From Aquabacterium sp. (GTDB taxonomy: Bacteria > Pseudomonadota > Gammaproteobacteria > Burkholderiales > Burkholderiaceae_C), in NCBI GenBank assembly GCA_029865965.1, contig JARXAJ010000182.1, forward strand, positions 12,844-76,843: a stretch of 64,000 nt of DNA, read 5' to 3'. The notes beneath the pieces are model-generated. The model searched no databases and had not been told where the DNA came from. It saw only the letters and a program-made list of their open reading frames with translations. A program made the translations under genes and the position numbers. This document shows positions 28,536 through 39,380 of the stretch, piece after piece; position 1 is the first letter of the stretch; the number at the start of each line of letters is the position of its first letter.

Positions 28536-29236
28536 GTTGGTTCGTCGGTCTGGACGGGCAGCGCCTTGGCGCGGGCGCGCGCCAAGGCGGCTTCGATCAC
28601 GGCGCGTTTGCGGTCGAGCATGGCGGGGTCGGTGTGCTGGCTGTGGGCGGCCAGGTCGGCCAGCTTGGCGGCGGCCTTGGCGGCCTGCCGGGCGTCGTGC
28701 TCTTGCTGGCCGCGCTGCACCCGCAACTGGTGGAAGCGGTAGCGGCCCAGTGAGTCAGCCGCCTGGGCCGCAGTCCAGGCCTGCCAGCCGGTGGCGCTGC
28801 CGCTGGCCGGCTGCATGCTGATGCAATCCACCGGGCAAGCCGGCAGGCAGAGTTCACAGCCGTTGCAGGCGTCGGTGATGATGGTGTGCATGCGCTTGTG
28901 CGCACCCAGGATCGCGTCCACCGGGCAGGCGTCCAGGCACAGGGTGCAGCCGATGCACCAGGCCTCATCAATCACCGCCACGCCGCGCGGGCCTTCATGG
29001 CCGCAGGCCGGGTCCAGCGGCACCACCGGCCTGTGGGTGATGGCAGCCAGGCGCACGATGCCTTCGGCACCGCCGGGCGGGCAGCGGTTGATGGCTTCGC
29101 CAGCGGCCATGGCTTGGGCATACGCGCGGCAATCGGCATAGCCACAGCGGGTGCACTGGGTTTGCGGCAACGCCGCATCGATCTGATCGACCGATGCGGC
29201 GTTGCGGGGTGCTGCCTGGGGTGCGGTGGAACTCAC
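28532..29236 (-). CDS. rsxB: RnfB/RsxB-like 4Fe-4S protein
   Basis: [26 protein letters not shown]...CP, CNGCELC...CP. Confidence 0.9.
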   Translation of the reverse strand: MSSTAPQAAPRNAASVDQIDAALPQTQCTRCGYADCRAYAQAMAAGEAINRCPPGGAEGIVRLAAITHRPVVPLDPACGHEGPRGVAVIDEAWCIGCTLCLDACPVDAILGAHKRMHTIITDACNGCELCLPACPVDCISMQPASGSATGWQAWTAAQAADSLGRYRFHQLRVQRGQQEHDARQAAKAAAKLADLAAHSQHTDPAMLDRKRAVIEAALARARAKALPVQTDEPT

Positions 29237-29244
29237 CGCCGGGA

Positions 29245-30696
29245 TTATCCCTGGCGGGGCTTGGCGCTGCGGCGGGGTGCCGGGGCAGCTGCCGGCTCGG
29301 CTGCCGAGGCCACCGCGGCAGTCACCACAGCGGGGCTCGCCTTGCGCGCCGCCCGCCTGGGCGCCGGCACGGCGGCCTGGGCGTTGGTCTGCATCGGCGC
29401 AGCCATGGCATCGGCCGGGATGGCCATGCGCGTGGTCGGCTGGGCCGTCACTGTCACCGGGTTGTAGCGCAGGATGAAGTCACGCACCTGCGGGTAGGCC
29501 ATGTCACGCCAGCGGCGGCCCGCGAAAATGCCGTAGTGGCCCGCGCCCTGCACGTCGTAATGGAAGCGGCGGTCGGCGGGGATGCCGGTGCACAGGTCAT
29601 GCGCAGCCTTGGTCTGGCCCCAGCCGGAGATGTCGTCGAGCTCACCTTCGACCGTCAGCAAGGCGCTGGTGGTGATGTCCTGCGGGCGCACCAGCGTGCC
29701 GTTCACGTCCCATGTGCCGTTGACCAGCGCGAACTCCTGGAAGACCTTCTTGATGGTTTCCAGGTAGTACTCGGCCGGCATGTCGAGCACGGCGTTGTAC
29801 TCGTCGTAGAACTGGCGGTGCTGCTCGGTCGAGTCGTCATCCCCGCGGATCAGGTCGAGGAAGTAGTCGTAGTGGGCCGACATGTGGCGGTCGGGGTTCA
29901 TCGCCACGAAGCCGGTGTGCTGCAGGAAGCCCGGGTACACGCGCCGGCCGGACCCGGGGAAGTTGCTCGGCACGCGGTAGATCACGTTGTTCTCGAACCA
30001 CTCGTAGCTCTTGTTCGTCGCCAGGTTGTTCACCGCCGTGGGCGACTTGCGGGCGTCGATCGGGCCGCCCATCATCGTCAACGTGCGCGGGGTGAATTCA
30101 CCATGCGTGGCCAGCAGCGACACGGCCGCCAGCACCGGCACCGTGGGCTGGCACACCGAGATCACATTGACCTCGGGCCCGACGAAGCGGATGAACTCCT
30201 GCACATAGGCGACATAGTCGTCCAGGTGGAACGGGCCGGCGTCCACCGGCACGGTGCGCGCGTCGGTCCAGTCAGTGACCAGCACCTTGTGGTCGCGCAG
30301 CAGGGTCTTCACCGTGTCGCGCAGCAGGGTGCTGTGGTGGCCCGACAGCGGCGCCACCACCAGCACCGTGGGCTGGTTCTTCATCACGTCCAGCACCGCC
30401 GGATTGTCGGAAAAGCGCTTGAAGCGCAGCAGTCGGCAGAAGGGCTTGGTGATGGGCACCTGCTCTTGCACGGCCACTTCAACACCATTGACGACGACCC
30501 CGCGAATGCCGAACTCAGGCTTTTCGTATTCCTTGGCCAGACGGTGGGCCAGGTCGAAACCGGCCGACACGCGCTGGGCCATCGGCATCTGGCTGAACGG
30601 CGACAGCGGGTGGTTGTAGAGCTTGGCTGTGGCGCTGGCGAATTCGGAGAACGGCGCCATCAGCGCACGTTGGGTTTCATACAACTGGTAAAGCAT
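29245..30696 (-). CDS. phaZ: Intracellular polyhydroxyalkanoate depolymerase (PhaZ1 type)
   Basis: [20 protein letters not shown] catalytic Cys, [14 protein letters not shown]. Confidence 0.95.
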   Translation of the reverse strand: MLYQLYETQRALMAPFSEFASATAKLYNHPLSPFSQMPMAQRVSAGFDLAHRLAKEYEKPEFGIRGVVVNGVEVAVQEQVPITKPFCRLLRFKRFSDNPAVLDVMKNQPTVLVVAPLSGHHSTLLRDTVKTLLRDHKVLVTDWTDARTVPVDAGPFHLDDYVAYVQEFIRFVGPEVNVISVCQPTVPVLAAVSLLATHGEFTPRTLTMMGGPIDARKSPTAVNNLATNKSYEWFENNVIYRVPSNFPGSGRRVYPGFLQHTGFVAMNPDRHMSAHYDYFLDLIRGDDDSTEQHRQFYDEYNAVLDMPAEYYLETIKKVFQEFALVNGTWDVNGTLVRPQDITTSALLTVEGELDDISGWGQTKAAHDLCTGIPADRRFHYDVQGAGHYGIFAGRRWRDMAYPQVRDFILRYNPVTVTAQPTTRMAIPADAMAAPMQTNAQAAVPAPRRAARKASPAVVTAAVASAAEPAAAPAPRRSAKPRQG

Positions 30697-30784
30697 GGGC
30701 TTCTGGGCTCCGTGGGTAGGCGCGATCGGTGACCGCGTCGGCGATCATGTGGCCAAGGCGCGCAATCACTGCTGACGACACCGC

Positions 30785-30809
30785 AAAAAAATTGTGCGGT
30801 GCAGCAATT
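30785..30809. promoter_or_regulatory. Possible PhaR-type operator upstream of phaZ
   Basis: AAAAAATTGTGCGGTGCAGCAATT, an AT-flanked TGC-N-GCA element. Confidence 0.4.
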
Positions 30810-30964
30810 ATGCGCCGTTCACACTGATGTTGTATCCCACCAGGGGTCTTTCCCGCAGGGATAACGGGCCAGTTGACCCCGCAAATGCTTCAGTTGTCGC
30901 CGTGGTGACATGCTGCAGACCCAAGACTTCGCGCCGGCGGGCGGGCAGGCAAGGGCTGCGGCAC

Positions 30965-32173
30965 TCAGATGACCCGGGCGATGGCCGCCACCACCTGGTC
31001 GATGTTGCGGGTGTTGAGCGCGGCCACGCAGATGCGGCCCGAATCCACGCCGTACACGCCGAATTCATGGCGCAGCCGCTCCATCTGCGGCTTGGTCAAA
31101 CCTGAATAGCTGAACATGCCGCGTTGGCGGGTGATGAAGCTGAAGTCCTGCTGCACGCCTGCGGCCACCAGCTTGTCGGCCAGCAGCGTGCGCATCTGCT
31201 TGATACGCACGCGCATGCCGGCCAGTTCTTCTTCCCACTGGGCGCGCAGGGCAGGTGTGTCGAGCACCATGGCCACCACCTGGGCGCCATGGGTGGGCGG
31301 GTTGCTGTAGTTGGTGCGGATGGCGATCTTCAACTGCGACAGCACGCGCGCCGCTTCGTCCTTGTTGGCGCAGACCACGCTGAGCGCGCCCACCCGTTCG
31401 CCGTACAGGCTGAAGCTCTTGGAGAACGAGGTGGCGACGAAGAAGCTTTCCACCCCCGCCGCCAGGAACTGGCGGACCACCGCGCCATCTTCGACAATGC
31501 CGTCGCCAAAGCCCTGGTAGGCCATGTCGAGGAAGGGCACCAGGCTGCGCGCCTTCAGCACGCCGATCACCTGGTCCCACTGCGCAGGCGTGATGTCGTA
31601 GCCGGTCGGGTTGTGGCAGCAGGCATGCAGCACCACGATGGTGCCGGCGGCGGCGGCCTGCAAGTCGGCCAGCATGCCGGCGAAGTTGACGCCGCGGTTG
31701 GTGGCGTCGTAGTAGGCGTAACTGGCCACCGGGAAGCCGGCGTTGGTGAACAGCGCGCGGTGGTTTTCCCAGCTCGGGTCGCTGATCAGCACGGTGGCTG
31801 CGGGGTTCAGCTTCTTCAGGAAATCAGCGCCCACCTTCAGCCCGCCGGTGCCGCCCAGCGCCTGCACCGTGGCCACGCGGCCGGCTGCCAGTGCCGCCTG
31901 GCCATCGGCAAAGCTGCCGAACACCAGACCCTGCACCGCCTTGTCGTAGGCGGCGATGCCGTCGATCGGCAAGTAGCCGCGCGGCTTGGCGGCGTCGGTC
32001 AGCTGCTGCTCGGCCGATTTCACGCAGGCCAGCAGCGGCAGCTTGCCGGCGTCGTCGAAATACACGCCCACACCCAGGTTCACCTTGGCGGGGTTGGGGT
32101 CGGCATTGAACTGCTCGTTCAGGCCCAGGATGGGGTCACGCGGGGCCAGTTCGACGGCGGAGAAAAGCGACAT
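30965..32173 (-). CDS. tyrB: Aromatic amino acid / aspartate aminotransferase
   Basis: DPILGL, HACCHNPTG, DMAYQGFG, SFSKSFSLYGERVG. Confidence 0.92.
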   Translation of the reverse strand: MSLFSAVELAPRDPILGLNEQFNADPNPAKVNLGVGVYFDDAGKLPLLACVKSAEQQLTDAAKPRGYLPIDGIAAYDKAVQGLVFGSFADGQAALAAGRVATVQALGGTGGLKVGADFLKKLNPAATVLISDPSWENHRALFTNAGFPVASYAYYDATNRGVNFAGMLADLQAAAAGTIVVLHACCHNPTGYDITPAQWDQVIGVLKARSLVPFLDMAYQGFGDGIVEDGAVVRQFLAAGVESFFVATSFSKSFSLYGERVGALSVVCANKDEAARVLSQLKIAIRTNYSNPPTHGAQVVAMVLDTPALRAQWEEELAGMRVRIKQMRTLLADKLVAAGVQQDFSFITRQRGMFSYSGLTKPQMERLRHEFGVYGVDSGRICVAALNTRNIDQVVAAIARVI

Positions 32174-32363
32174 GGGGTTCGATCCTGAAGGGACGTTGTC
32201 AGCAGAAGGGGCATTGCGGGCCAGGGCGCCGATCGCAGCCGCCGGCTGAAAGGGGCCGGCTGCGCTACGCTGTCGGGTTGCTTGCGGTGTGGTTGTTGGT
32301 GGCGCCGCCAGCGTGGAAACCCGCGATTTTAGGCCCCTGCGCCCCGTGCCAAAGGATTGACCC

Positions 32364-34499
32364 ATGACGGATCTTGCCGCCTTGCCCCCGCTGGCCGAAC
32401 AGCCGGTGGACGACCTGCCCGTGCCAGCAGAGGGGGAGTTCGTCAGCTACCCCGATTCGCCGTTCCAGCTGTTCCAGCCCTACCCGCCGGCGGGCGACCA
32501 GCCCGAGGCCATCCGCCTGCTGTGCGAGGGCATCGACGACGGCCTGGCCTACCAGACCCTGCTGGGCGTGACCGGCTCGGGCAAGACCTTCACCATGGCC
32601 AATGTGATCGCCCGCATGGGCCGGCCGGCGATCGTGTTTGCGCCCAACAAGACCCTGGCCGCCCAGCTGTATGCCGAGTTCCGCGAGTTCTTTCCGCGCA
32701 ACGCGGTGGAGTACTTCGTCAGCTACTACGACTACTACCAGCCCGAGGCCTATGTGCCGCAGCGCGACCTGTTCATCGAGAAGGACAGCTCGATCAACGA
32801 GCACATCGAGCAGATGCGCCTGAGCGCCACCAAGAGCGTGCTGGAGCGGCGCGACACCGTGATCGTGGCCACCGTCAGCGCCATCTACGGCATTGGCAAG
32901 CCCGAGGACTACACCCAGATGCGCTTCATCGTGCGGGTGGGCGACAAGATCGGCCAGCGTGATGTGATCGCCCAGCTGATCCGCATGCAGTACAGCCGCA
33001 ACGATGTGGACTTCAGCCGCGGCAGCTTCCGGGTGCGCGGCGACACCATCGACATCTTCCCGGCCGAGCACAGCGAGCTGGCCGTGCGGCTGGAGCTGTT
33101 CGACGACGAGATCGAGACGCTGAGCCTGCTCGACCCGCTGACCGGCCGGGTGCGGCAGAAGATCCCGCGCTTCGTCATCTACCCCAAGAGCCACTACGTG
33201 ACCCCGCGCGAGCGGGTGCTGGCGGCGGTGGAAACCATCAAGATCGAGTTGCGCGAGCGGGTGGCCCAGTTTGTGGGCGACGGCAAACTGGTGGAGGCCC
33301 AGCGCCTGGAGCAGCGCACCCGCTTCGATCTGGAGATGATGCAGGAGGTGGGCCACTGCAAGGGTATCGAGAACTACAGCCGGCACCTGTCGGGCGCCGC
33401 ACCCGGCGAGCCGCCGGCCACGCTGGTGGACTACCTGCCGCCCGATGCGCTGATGTTCCTGGACGAAAGCCATGTGCTGATCGGCCAGTTGGGCGGCATG
33501 TACAACGGCGACCGGGCGCGCAAGACCACGCTGGTGGAGTACGGCTTCCGCCTGCCCAGTGCGATGGACAACCGGCCGCTGAAGTTCGACGAGTTCGAGC
33601 GCAAGATGCGCCAGGCCGTCTTCGTGTCAGCCACGCCCGCCGCCTGGGAGCAGCAACACGCCGGCGCGGTGGTCGAGCAACTGGTGCGGCCCACCGGCCT
33701 GGTCGACCCGATGGTGGAAGTGCGCCCTGCCGGCCACCAGGTCGATGATGTGCTGCAGGAGATCCGCATCCGCGTCGACCTGCATGAGCGGGTGTTGATC
33801 ACCACGCTGACCAAGCGCATGGCCGAGCAGCTGACCGACTACCTGACCGACAACGGCGTGAAGGTGCGCTACCTGCACAGCGACATCGACACGGTCGAGC
33901 GCGTGGAGATCCTGCGCGACCTGCGGCTGGGCCTGTTCGATGTGCTGGTGGGCATCAACCTGCTGCGTGAGGGGCTTGACATCCCCGAGGTGTCTCTGGT
34001 GGCCATCCTCGACGCCGACAAGGAAGGCTTTCTGCGTGCCGAGCGCAGCCTGATCCAGACCATCGGCCGGGCGGCGCGCAACCTCAACGGCCGCGCCATC
34101 CTGTATGCCGACAAGATGACCGAATCGATGAAAAAGGCCATCGGCGAGACCGAGCGCCGACGCGAGAAGCAGATCGCCCACAACCTGGCCATGGGCATCA
34201 CGCCGCGCAGCGTGAAGAAGGAAGTCAAGGAGCTGATCGACGGCGTCATCAGCGCCCAGGACGACAAGAGCAAGGTGCGCGGCCTGGTGGAAGCCGCCGA
34301 GGTCGAGGCCATGAGCGAGAAGGACCTGGCCAAGCGCATCAAGCTGCTGGAAAAGCAGATGCTCGACCACGCCAAGAACCTGGAATTCGAGAAGGCCGCC
34401 CGGGTGCGCGATCAGTTAGCCCTGCTGCGTGAGCAGGCCTTTGGCGCGGCGGGGCACGACAGCAATGTGGTGCCGCTGGCTGCTGGCGCCGTGCGCTGA
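32364..34499 (+). CDS. uvrB: Excinuclease ABC subunit B
   Basis: [45 protein letters not shown]. Confidence 0.99.
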   Translation: MTDLAALPPLAEQPVDDLPVPAEGEFVSYPDSPFQLFQPYPPAGDQPEAIRLLCEGIDDGLAYQTLLGVTGSGKTFTMANVIARMGRPAIVFAPNKTLAAQLYAEFREFFPRNAVEYFVSYYDYYQPEAYVPQRDLFIEKDSSINEHIEQMRLSATKSVLERRDTVIVATVSAIYGIGKPEDYTQMRFIVRVGDKIGQRDVIAQLIRMQYSRNDVDFSRGSFRVRGDTIDIFPAEHSELAVRLELFDDEIETLSLLDPLTGRVRQKIPRFVIYPKSHYVTPRERVLAAVETIKIELRERVAQFVGDGKLVEAQRLEQRTRFDLEMMQEVGHCKGIENYSRHLSGAAPGEPPATLVDYLPPDALMFLDESHVLIGQLGGMYNGDRARKTTLVEYGFRLPSAMDNRPLKFDEFERKMRQAVFVSATPAAWEQQHAGAVVEQLVRPTGLVDPMVEVRPAGHQVDDVLQEIRIRVDLHERVLITTLTKRMAEQLTDYLTDNGVKVRYLHSDIDTVERVEILRDLRLGLFDVLVGINLLREGLDIPEVSLVAILDADKEGFLRAERSLIQTIGRAARNLNGRAILYADKMTESMKKAIGETERRREKQIAHNLAMGITPRSVKKEVKELIDGVISAQDDKSKVRGLVEAAEVEAMSEKDLAKRIKLLEKQMLDHAKNLEFEKAARVRDQLALLREQAFGAAGHDSNVVPLAAGAVR

Positions 34500-34575
34500 A
34501 CCAGGGCGTTCACCGGTCTCGCCGTGCGCGTCGCAGGGCTGCGACCGCCGGCCTCAGCCGGGTGGGTGTGCGGGT

Positions 34576-34956
34576 TCAGCCCGTTGTCTTGAAAATCCGC
34601 ACCGCCTGGCTCACCACCTCGGCCTGCACGTGCAGGGACGCGGCGGCAGCCGACAGTTCTTCCACCATGGCCGCGTTCTGCTGGGTGATGCTGTCCAACT
34701 CGGTGATGCCTGCATTCACCTGTGCCACGCCCTTGCTCTGCTCGCTGGCGGCGTGGCTGATCTCGGTGATCAGTGCATGCACCCTGCGCACCGCCGCCTG
34801 GGTCTGGCGCGTGGTCTCGCCGGTGGCCTGGGCCAGGCGGGCGCCGGCCTCCACCTTGGTCGATGCGTCCTCGATCAGCACCTTGATCTCGCGCGCTGCG
34901 CTGCTGGTGCGCTGTGCCATACGCAGTAGCTCGGCAACGGGCTTATCCGTGTTCAC
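34576..34956 (-). pseudogene. Truncated methyl-accepting chemotaxis protein (C-terminal signalling helix only)
   Basis: AQRTSSAAREIKVLI...EISHAASEQSKGVAQVN...TQQNAAMVEE; no sensor, HAMP or ALNAAVEAARAG segment upstream. Confidence 0.75.
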
Positions 34957-34964
34957 ATGAGTGT

Positions 34965-35046
34965 CGTAAGTTGTTGATTCATATGATGCCAAAATCGGCG
35001 CCAAAGGGCTAACCTGCGTTGGAAAAATGTGGCGTAAGTTGTTGAT
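34965..35046. repeat. 14-bp direct repeat CGTAAGTTGTTGAT (34965-34978 and 35033-35046), IHF-site-like
   Basis: Exact repeat; reverse complement of copy 1 plus one flanking base is AATCAACAACTTA, matching WATCAANNNNTTR. Confidence 0.6.
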
Positions 35047-35539
35047 GCGTAAGGCGAAATTGCGTGTTCTGTGCGTCTGCACAGGCAACATCTGCCGGTC
35101 TCCGATGGCCGAGGCGGTGCTGCGGGCCAAATTGCAGCGTGCCGGCCTGGCCGACGCGGTGGCCGTGGATTCGGCGGGCACGCATGGTTTCCACAAGGGC
35201 ACACCGGCCGATGCCCGCGCAGTGGCGCAGGCCGCGCGCCGCGGCTATCAGGTGGATGGCCTGACCAGCCGACCGGTGGTGGCCGATGACTTCACCCGCT
35301 TCGACCTGCTGCTGGCCATGGACCACGACAACCTGGCCCACCTGCACAAACGCTGCCCGCCCGCCGAGCAGCACCGGCTGCAACTGCTGCTGTCGCACGC
35401 GCCACAGGCCGACACCGACGAGGTGCCGGATCCGTACTACGGCGCGGTGGCCGGCTTCGACCTGGCGCTCGACCTGATCGAGCCCGCCTGCGACGGCCTG
35501 TTGACCGATCTTCGACGCCGCCTGGCCCTGGCCGGCTGA
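35045..35539 (+). CDS. Low-molecular-weight protein tyrosine phosphatase
   Basis: VCTGNICRSP, DSAGT, DPYY. Confidence 0.94.
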   Translation: MRKAKLRVLCVCTGNICRSPMAEAVLRAKLQRAGLADAVAVDSAGTHGFHKGTPADARAVAQAARRGYQVDGLTSRPVVADDFTRFDLLLAMDHDNLAHLHKRCPPAEQHRLQLLLSHAPQADTDEVPDPYYGAVAGFDLALDLIEPACDGLLTDLRRRLALAG

Positions 35540-35556
35540 GGGGTGTCGGCCGGGTC

Positions 35557-35610
35557 AATGTCGAGCAAAACAGTCGGCTTCTGCTAAACTTGACTACATC
35601 AGTCGGGTAC
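35557..35610 (+). promoter_or_regulatory. Tandem type-1 IscR operators
   Basis: AATGTCGAGCAAAACAGTCGGCTTC (35557-35581) and AAACTTGACTACATCAGTCGGGTAC (35586-35610) resemble ATASYYGACTRWWWYAGTCRRSTAT upstream of iscR. Confidence 0.75.
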
Positions 35611-35666
35611 CGGCTGGCTCCCCCGGGCCAGCAGCCACCCGGCCGATGTCCCTCAGGAGAATCCCC

Positions 35667-36200
35667 ATGCGATTGACCACCAAAGGCCGTTTTGCCGTCA
35701 CGGCGATGATCGACCTGGCGCTGCGCTCGAACAACGGGCCCGTGGCTCTGGCGGCCATCAGCCAGCGCCAGCAGATTTCGCTGTCCTATCTGGAGCAGTT
35801 GTTCGGCAAGCTGCGCCGGCATGAGCTGGTCGAATCCACCCGCGGGCCGGGCGGCGGCTACTCGCTGGGCCGCAAGAGCGACGAGATCACCGTGGCCGAC
35901 ATCATCGTGGCGGTGGATGAACCCATCGACGCGACCGGCTGCGCCGGCAAGGAAAACTGCATGGGCGAAGACGCCGGCCGCTGCATGACGCACGATCTGT
36001 GGGCCAGCCTGAACCAGAAGATGATCGAGTACCTCGATTCCATCTCGCTGAAGAAATTGGTTGAAGACCAGCTCGCCAAGGGTGTGTCGATCGAAGAAGC
36101 ACCGCTCAAGCGCGCCATCTCCAGCGTGCCGGTGGTCAAGCCGATCAAGATCACCGCGCCCAACTCTGTCTTTGCCCTCGGCAACGCGTTGTCGAAGTAA
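35667..36200 (+). CDS. iscR: Fe-S cluster assembly transcriptional regulator
   Basis: MRLTTKGRFAVTAM, SYLEQLF, RGPGGGY, three Cys + H (C..C..CMTHDLW). Confidence 0.96.
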   Translation: MRLTTKGRFAVTAMIDLALRSNNGPVALAAISQRQQISLSYLEQLFGKLRRHELVESTRGPGGGYSLGRKSDEITVADIIVAVDEPIDATGCAGKENCMGEDAGRCMTHDLWASLNQKMIEYLDSISLKKLVEDQLAKGVSIEEAPLKRAISSVPVVKPIKITAPNSVFALGNALSK

Positions 36201-36246
36201 CCGCGCCGTCGCTGCCTGCCTTGCCCCCTGAATTCCGCCACATAAC

Positions 36247-37461
36247 ATGACACCGCACTTCCCCATTTATCTTGATTACGGCTCCACCACACCCGTTGAC
36301 CCCCGCGTCGTCGACGCCATGGTCCCCTGGTTGCGTGAGCATTTCGGCAATCCGGCCAGCCGCAGCCATGCCTGGGGCTGGGAGGCCGAGGCCATCGTCG
36401 AGAAAAGCCGCGAGCAGGTGGCAGCCCTGGTCAATGCCGACCCGCGCGAGATCGTCTGGACCAGCGGCGCCACCGAAAGCATCAACCTGGCGATCAAGGG
36501 CGCGGCGCAGTTCTACAAAGGCCGCGGCAAGCACATCATCACCGTCAAGACCGAGCACAAGGCGGTGCTCGACACGGTGCGCGAGCTGGAGCGCCAGGGC
36601 TTCGAGGCCACCTACCTCGACGTACAGCCCAACGGTTTGCTCGACATCGACCAGTTCAAGGCTGCACTGCGGCCCGACACCATCCTGGCGGCAGTGATGT
36701 TGGTCAACAACGAGATCGGCGTGATCCAGGACATCACCGCCATCGGCAACATCTGCCGTGAGCGTGGCGTCATCTTCCATGTCGATGCGGCGCAAGCCAC
36801 CGGCAAGATCGTGATCGACCTGGCCACGCTGCCGGTTGATTTGATGAGCCTGGCGTCGCACAAGACCTATGGCCCCAAGGGCATCGGCGCGCTGTATGTG
36901 CGGCGCAAGCCCCGGGTGCGGCTGGAAGCGCAGATGCACGGCGGTGGTCACGAGCGCGGCATGCGCTCGGGCTCCTTGCCCACCCACCAGATCGTGGGCA
37001 TGGGCACGGCATTCGACATCGCCCGCCAGGAAATGGGCACCGAGAGCGAGCGCATCCGTGCGCTGCACACCAAGCTGGTCAGCGGCCTGACCGACATTGA
37101 GCAGGTGTTCATCAACGGTGACATGCAGCACCGCGTGCCGCACAACCTGAACATCTCCTTCAATTATGTGGAAGGCGAGTCGCTGATCATGGGCGTGAAA
37201 GGCATTGCCGTGAGCTCCGGCTCGGCCTGCACGTCTGCCAGCCTGGAGCCCAGCTATGTGCTGCGCGCCCTGGGCCGCAGCGACGAACTGGCCCACAGCA
37301 GCCTGCGCATGACCATCGGCCGCTTCACCACCGAGGACGAGATCGACTACGCCGTCAGCACGCTGAAGGATCGGGTGGGGAAACTGCGCGAGCTGTCGCC
37401 CCTGTGGGACATGTACCGCGACGGCATCGACATCAGCAGCATCCAGTGGGCTGCCCACTGA
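36247..37461 (+). CDS. iscS: Cysteine desulfurase
   Basis: [32 protein letters not shown]. Confidence 0.98.
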   Translation: MTPHFPIYLDYGSTTPVDPRVVDAMVPWLREHFGNPASRSHAWGWEAEAIVEKSREQVAALVNADPREIVWTSGATESINLAIKGAAQFYKGRGKHIITVKTEHKAVLDTVRELERQGFEATYLDVQPNGLLDIDQFKAALRPDTILAAVMLVNNEIGVIQDITAIGNICRERGVIFHVDAAQATGKIVIDLATLPVDLMSLASHKTYGPKGIGALYVRRKPRVRLEAQMHGGGHERGMRSGSLPTHQIVGMGTAFDIARQEMGTESERIRALHTKLVSGLTDIEQVFINGDMQHRVPHNLNISFNYVEGESLIMGVKGIAVSSGSACTSASLEPSYVLRALGRSDELAHSSLRMTIGRFTTEDEIDYAVSTLKDRVGKLRELSPLWDMYRDGIDISSIQWAAH

Positions 37462-37480
37462 CAAAATCTGGAGAACAGAC

Positions 37481-37900
37481 ATGGCATACAGCGAGAAGGT
37501 CATCGACCACTACGAGAACCCCCGCAACGTGGGCGGCTTCGACAAGGGTGACGCCGACGTGGGCACCGGCATGGTGGGCGCGCCCGCCTGCGGCGACGTG
37601 ATGAAGCTGCAGATCAAGGTGAACCCGGCCACCGGTCTGATCGAGGACGCTCGCTTCAAGACCTATGGTTGCGGCTCGGCGATTGCCAGCAGCTCACTGG
37701 TGACCGAGTGGGTCAAGGGCAAGACGCTGGACCAGGCGCTGGAGATCAAGAACACCAACATCGCCGAAGAGCTTGCGCTGCCACCGGTCAAGATCCACTG
37801 CTCCATCCTGGCCGAAGATGCCATCAAGGCGGCAGTCAGCGATTACAAGGCCAAGCATGGCGAGGCGGCGGCCCAGCCCGTCGGCGCACAGGCAGCCTGA
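37481..37900 (+). CDS. iscU: Fe-S scaffold protein
   Basis: [29 protein letters not shown]. Confidence 0.98.
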   Translation: MAYSEKVIDHYENPRNVGGFDKGDADVGTGMVGAPACGDVMKLQIKVNPATGLIEDARFKTYGCGSAIASSSLVTEWVKGKTLDQALEIKNTNIAEELALPPVKIHCSILAEDAIKAAVSDYKAKHGEAAAQPVGAQAA

Positions 37901-37904
37901 CACC

Positions 37905-38228
37905 ATGGCTGTCACCCTGTCAGAAGCGGCAGCGCGGCACGTGACGCGTTACATCAGCAAGCGTGGCAAGGGCGTGGGCGTGCGCCTGGGCGTGCGCACC
38001 ACCGGCTGTTCGGGCCTGGCCTACAAGCTGGAGTACGCCGACGACGTGGCGCCGGAAGACCACATCTTCGAGGCCCACGGCATCAAGGTGCTGATCGACC
38101 CCAAGAGCCTGCCTTACCTCGACGGCACTGAACTCGACTTCGTGCGCGAGGGCCTGAACGAAGGTTTCAAGTTCCACAACCCGCGCGAGAAAGACCGCTG
38201 CGGCTGCGGAGAATCCTTCCGGGTGTAG
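37905..38228 (+). CDS. iscA: Fe-S cluster assembly protein
   Basis: [16 protein letters not shown]. Confidence 0.97.
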   Translation: MAVTLSEAAARHVTRYISKRGKGVGVRLGVRTTGCSGLAYKLEYADDVAPEDHIFEAHGIKVLIDPKSLPYLDGTELDFVREGLNEGFKFHNPREKDRCGCGESFRV

Positions 38229-38246
38229 GTGGTGTCTGCGCCGGGG

Positions 38247-38263
38247 CTGGCACTCGGCTTGCA
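38247..38263 (+). promoter_or_regulatory. Consensus sigma54 promoter between iscA and the GNAT gene
   Basis: CTGGCAC-TCGGC-TTGCA, matching TGGCAC-N5-TTGC exactly. Confidence 0.55.
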
Positions 38264-38265
38264 GC

Positions 38266-38300
38266 AAGGCGCGGAGGCTGCATCCCGCGCCTTTGTCTTG
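38266..38300 (+). terminator. Terminator-like hairpin after iscA
   Basis: AAGGCGCGG-N10-CCGCGCCTT followed by TGTCTTG (imperfect U-tract). Confidence 0.55.
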
Positions 38301-38311
38301 TCTGGAATGCG

Positions 38312-38794
38312 ATGAATGCAGAGCTTCTGATCCGCCCGGAGCGGCCTGACCAACCCGACGTGCTGCCCTTGCTGGCTGCGCTGGATGCCTACCTGGCCAG
38401 CCTGTACGCGCCCGAGGACAACCACATCCTGGGTGTGGCGCAATTGCTGGCCGATGACGTCAACTTCGTGGTGGCGCGGCTGGATGGTGCAGCCGTGGGC
38501 TGTGGCGCAGTGCGGCGCATGCCGGCGGCGCCTGAGACGAACGGCCAGCTCTGCGGCGAGATCAAGCGCATGTATGTGGCGCCCGCCCAGCGCGGCCAGC
38601 GCATCGCCGAGGCGATCCTCGGGCAGTTGGAGGGGTCGTTGCGCAGCCAGGGCATCGCCCAGGCGCTGCTGGAAACCGGCCGCGACCAGGTTGAAGCCCT
38701 GCGGCTCTACCGCCGCGCCGGCTATGCGGTGCGCGGGCCGTTCGGCGGCTATCCCGACAACGGCTTGTCGGTCTTCATGGCCAAGACCCTGTGA
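38312..38794 (+). CDS. GNAT family N-acetyltransferase
   Basis: AVGCGA, EIKRMYV..AQRGQRIA, LETG...ALRLYRRAGY, FGGY...SVFMAK. Confidence 0.92.
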   Translation: MNAELLIRPERPDQPDVLPLLAALDAYLASLYAPEDNHILGVAQLLADDVNFVVARLDGAAVGCGAVRRMPAAPETNGQLCGEIKRMYVAPAQRGQRIAEAILGQLEGSLRSQGIAQALLETGRDQVEALRLYRRAGYAVRGPFGGYPDNGLSVFMAKTL

Positions 38795-39333
38795 GCCGCA
38801 CCATGGCCCCGACGATGCAACTGAGCGACGACGACTTCACCCTGTTCGGCCTGCCGCAGCGCCACATGCTGGATGCCGCTGCACTGGCCGACCAATGGCG
38901 GGCGCTGCAGTCGCGGGTGCACCCCGACCGGTTTGCCAGCGAAGGCGCGGCCGCCCAGCGCCTGGCCATGCAGTGGGCCGTGCGCGTGAACGAGGCCTAC
39001 CAGCGGCTGAAAGACCCGCTCAGGCGCGGCGCCTACCTGTGTGAGCTGCGCGGCATGCCGATCAATGCCGAGAACAACACCGCCATGCCGGGCGCCTTCC
39101 TGATGCAGCAGATGGAATGGCGCGAGGCCCTGGACGACGCTGCCGATGGCGATGCCGTGCAGGCGCTGGACGACACCGTCGCTGCGCAAGAAGCCGCCAT
39201 GCTGGCCCGGCTGACCGACACCATCGACAGCCAGGCCGACATGGCGGCGGCCGCCCAGCAAGTGCGCTCGCTGATGTTCGTGGCGCGCTTCCGCGACGAC
39301 ATCGCCCGCCGCCTGGCCGTGCTGGACCGCTGA
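38791..39333 (+). CDS. hscB: Fe-S assembly co-chaperone
   Basis: [15 protein letters not shown]-domain, [10 protein letters not shown]; alternative starts at 38803 or 38815. Confidence 0.95.
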   Translation: MSRTMAPTMQLSDDDFTLFGLPQRHMLDAAALADQWRALQSRVHPDRFASEGAAAQRLAMQWAVRVNEAYQRLKDPLRRGAYLCELRGMPINAENNTAMPGAFLMQQMEWREALDDAADGDAVQALDDTVAAQEAAMLARLTDTIDSQADMAAAAQQVRSLMFVARFRDDIARRLAVLDR

Positions 39334-39380
39334 GCACGCCCACCCCGAACCCGACCCTGCCGACCCACAAGAGCAACAAC

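Noticed and set aside
30835-30870. AGGGGTCTTTCCC / AGGGATAAC motif upstream of phaZ and a similar TAGGGAGTGCCCC near 14929
   Set aside because: Weak palindromes in GC-rich DNA; cannot be assigned to a regulator
32174-32363. LexA box upstream of uvrB
   Set aside because: No CTGT-N8-ACAG match found
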